Assembly (NCBI GenBank): GCA_030141605.1
Contig: JAQGDQ010000105.1
Coordinates: 62,001 to 126,000, forward strand
DNA: 64,000 nucleotides
Source: Tubiluchus corallicola
Taxonomy: Eukaryota; Animalia; Priapulida
Reading direction: 5' to 3'
Shown here: one piece after another, positions 62,358 through 64,000 of the stretch
How positions within the stretch are numbered: position 1 is the stretch's first letter
Layout: each line of letters begins with the position of its first letter
Translations under genes and position numbers: made by a program
The notes under the pieces: model-generated
What the model saw: the letters and a program-made list of their open reading frames with translations, nothing else
The model's database searches: none
What the model was told of the DNA's origin: nothing

Positions 62358-63329
62358 AGGACGGTTAAATGCTCAGTAGCTGTTAAACCGTAACTGCATA
62401 ATGCCTAGAACAAATAATAGCTCGACTGATGAGTTACTATAGAATAACTTAAATTGTGCCAATGATATGCAACGAAGCAATGTTATGACCCAGCTTTGAA
62501 AATCTATTATTAAATTAATCCCTGAAAATTAAAAAAAAGTGATCCTTAAAACTGTAAAAACCTGGGATAAATATTTTTATATTAAGCTGTAATACGAATC
62601 GCCCGGTAATTTTAGATACGCGTCACCCATAATTAGTATGCCGAAAAATAAGATTTTTAGCGACGTGCGTAAGTAATGTACACGTTGGCATACTGTAGAC
62701 CTACAAGAATATTGAAAAACTCAAGAACTACACTCATTATGAGAAAATCTTGTGCTGTCAACGTTTACATAATAGCATAATTACTTTTAATTAGCCAGAA
62801 TCAAATGTCAAAACATTAACAATGAGCCTAAACTTTGCCGGTTACCATAACCCAACCTGTCTATATAGCTCTCGTTATGAATTTCTATAATTTTTACAAG
62901 TTACATTTTTGAGTATTAATGGCTCACTGCACTATACTTGGTAAATCGTACAAGACTAGCGATGAAGCACTTATGTTAATATGATTACGTAATTTTTGTT
63001 ACCCTAGACCGAGAGATTTGCATTCGATTATTAACATGGAAAAAAGGGTTTAACGATCGGATCTAACTGTGTGAAACTGTGATTATTGTGAACTTCCCCG
63101 TCACTGCCAGCTTTGCGGCCGTAGCGTGGGAAAAGGGCGGCGTAATACAAGGTGTGCATACCAAATAAATTGTTACCTTTACGCTTGTATCTAAACCAAG
63201 GTAGCAAATAGTTTGTTTCGTCACACCAATAATTGTTGTAATTTTCGTGTTTTTACTTTTCAATTGCAATTGGGGAAACAGTGAAAAATCATTAAATTTT
63301 TGGGCACTATTTTCTTGCCTCGGATAAAT

Positions 63330-63577
63330 AGATGTGCTGTGAAGAAAATCGGCTAGTACAGGCGATAAGTCGGCTTTTGGCGCTGGCGATTTTGGTTGTG
63401 TTTTGTGTGGTTAATATTTTGATGTTTCCCGTGGAACTTGTCGTGGCAGGTTATTAGTTTGTTATTTATTTTCCACTTATTCCTAACTACACGTTTGAAT
63501 TAAGACACTGGGTGTTGTGAATTTATCCATTCTACTTTTAATTAATAGTTTGTGCTTCATTAAACAAAGCCGACAGG
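63330..63577 (+). other. Possible non-coding first exon of a downstream gene
   Basis: Locally CpG-richer sequence ending at a strong donor CAG|GTGAGC; no coding evidence; boundaries approximate. Confidence 0.25.
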
Positions 63578-64000
63578 TGAGCTATTTAGGTTAGCGTCCC
63601 GGGGCACCGGTAAAACGAGTTACGCTGGGCAGCATCGTAGCTATCTATGCCGGCATTCATTGAATAATATAGTGTTCTGTAATATGCGCCAGTAGTTGTT
63701 TACACTGTTTTATAATACTGATATTGTAGTTAAAGGAGTACCTTATCCAAGAATATCTGGTCCGAACTGAAATCTATCATAAATTTTTACCTCTGTAATA
63801 CACTGCATAATCGTTTTCATTTTCTAATTTGAATTCAACATTGTCTTTATCGTTGCAGTTGTTATTTTGCTTAGATAGCTTGGGAAGGCCAAACTTTTTT
63901 AGTGCAGTGTAGCTTACAGAATTAGCAAAATCAGATAACTGAAATAAGAACTTTTTGGTGTAGTTAGTCAACAGTTTTAGAAAACTTTCATTCTCTGTTT

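Overview
AT-rich, intron-containing animal (invertebrate-like) genomic DNA with many microsatellites and small transposon remnants; no prokaryotic features and no CRISPR array. The species cannot be told from this window. By joining GT-AG splice sites and checking codon phase by hand I reconstructed five + strand genes, each giving an uninterrupted reading frame: (1) a ~1413-aa cell-surface protein with many LRRs, a Thr/Pro mucin stalk, an FN3 domain and a terminal hydrophobic anchor (6401-22447); (2) a ~512-aa SLC17/sialin-like MFS anion transporter (23855-34368); (3) a ~308-aa secreted pre-pro-protein with an RDKR furin-type site and three 8-cysteine chitin-binding (CBM14-like) modules (38079-49183); (4, 5) two tandem short pentraxin-domain genes (52582-54368, 56995-59277). 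Several exons are missing from the supplied ORF track. Introns and intergenic DNA hold hAT- and Harbinger-like MITEs, a 5'-truncated RTE LINE with a perfect 13-bp target-site duplication nested in a MITE, tRNA-derived SINE-like copies, an APE-endonuclease LINE remnant and tandem duplications. The most notable observations are residue-level departures from family consensus (8-Cys chitin-binding modules, pentraxins lacking the canonical disulfide, an SLC17 lacking the TM4 glutamates) and the co-oriented clustering of glycan-binding extracellular genes. Gene models and family assignments rest on manual motif recognition, not on database searches or expression data.
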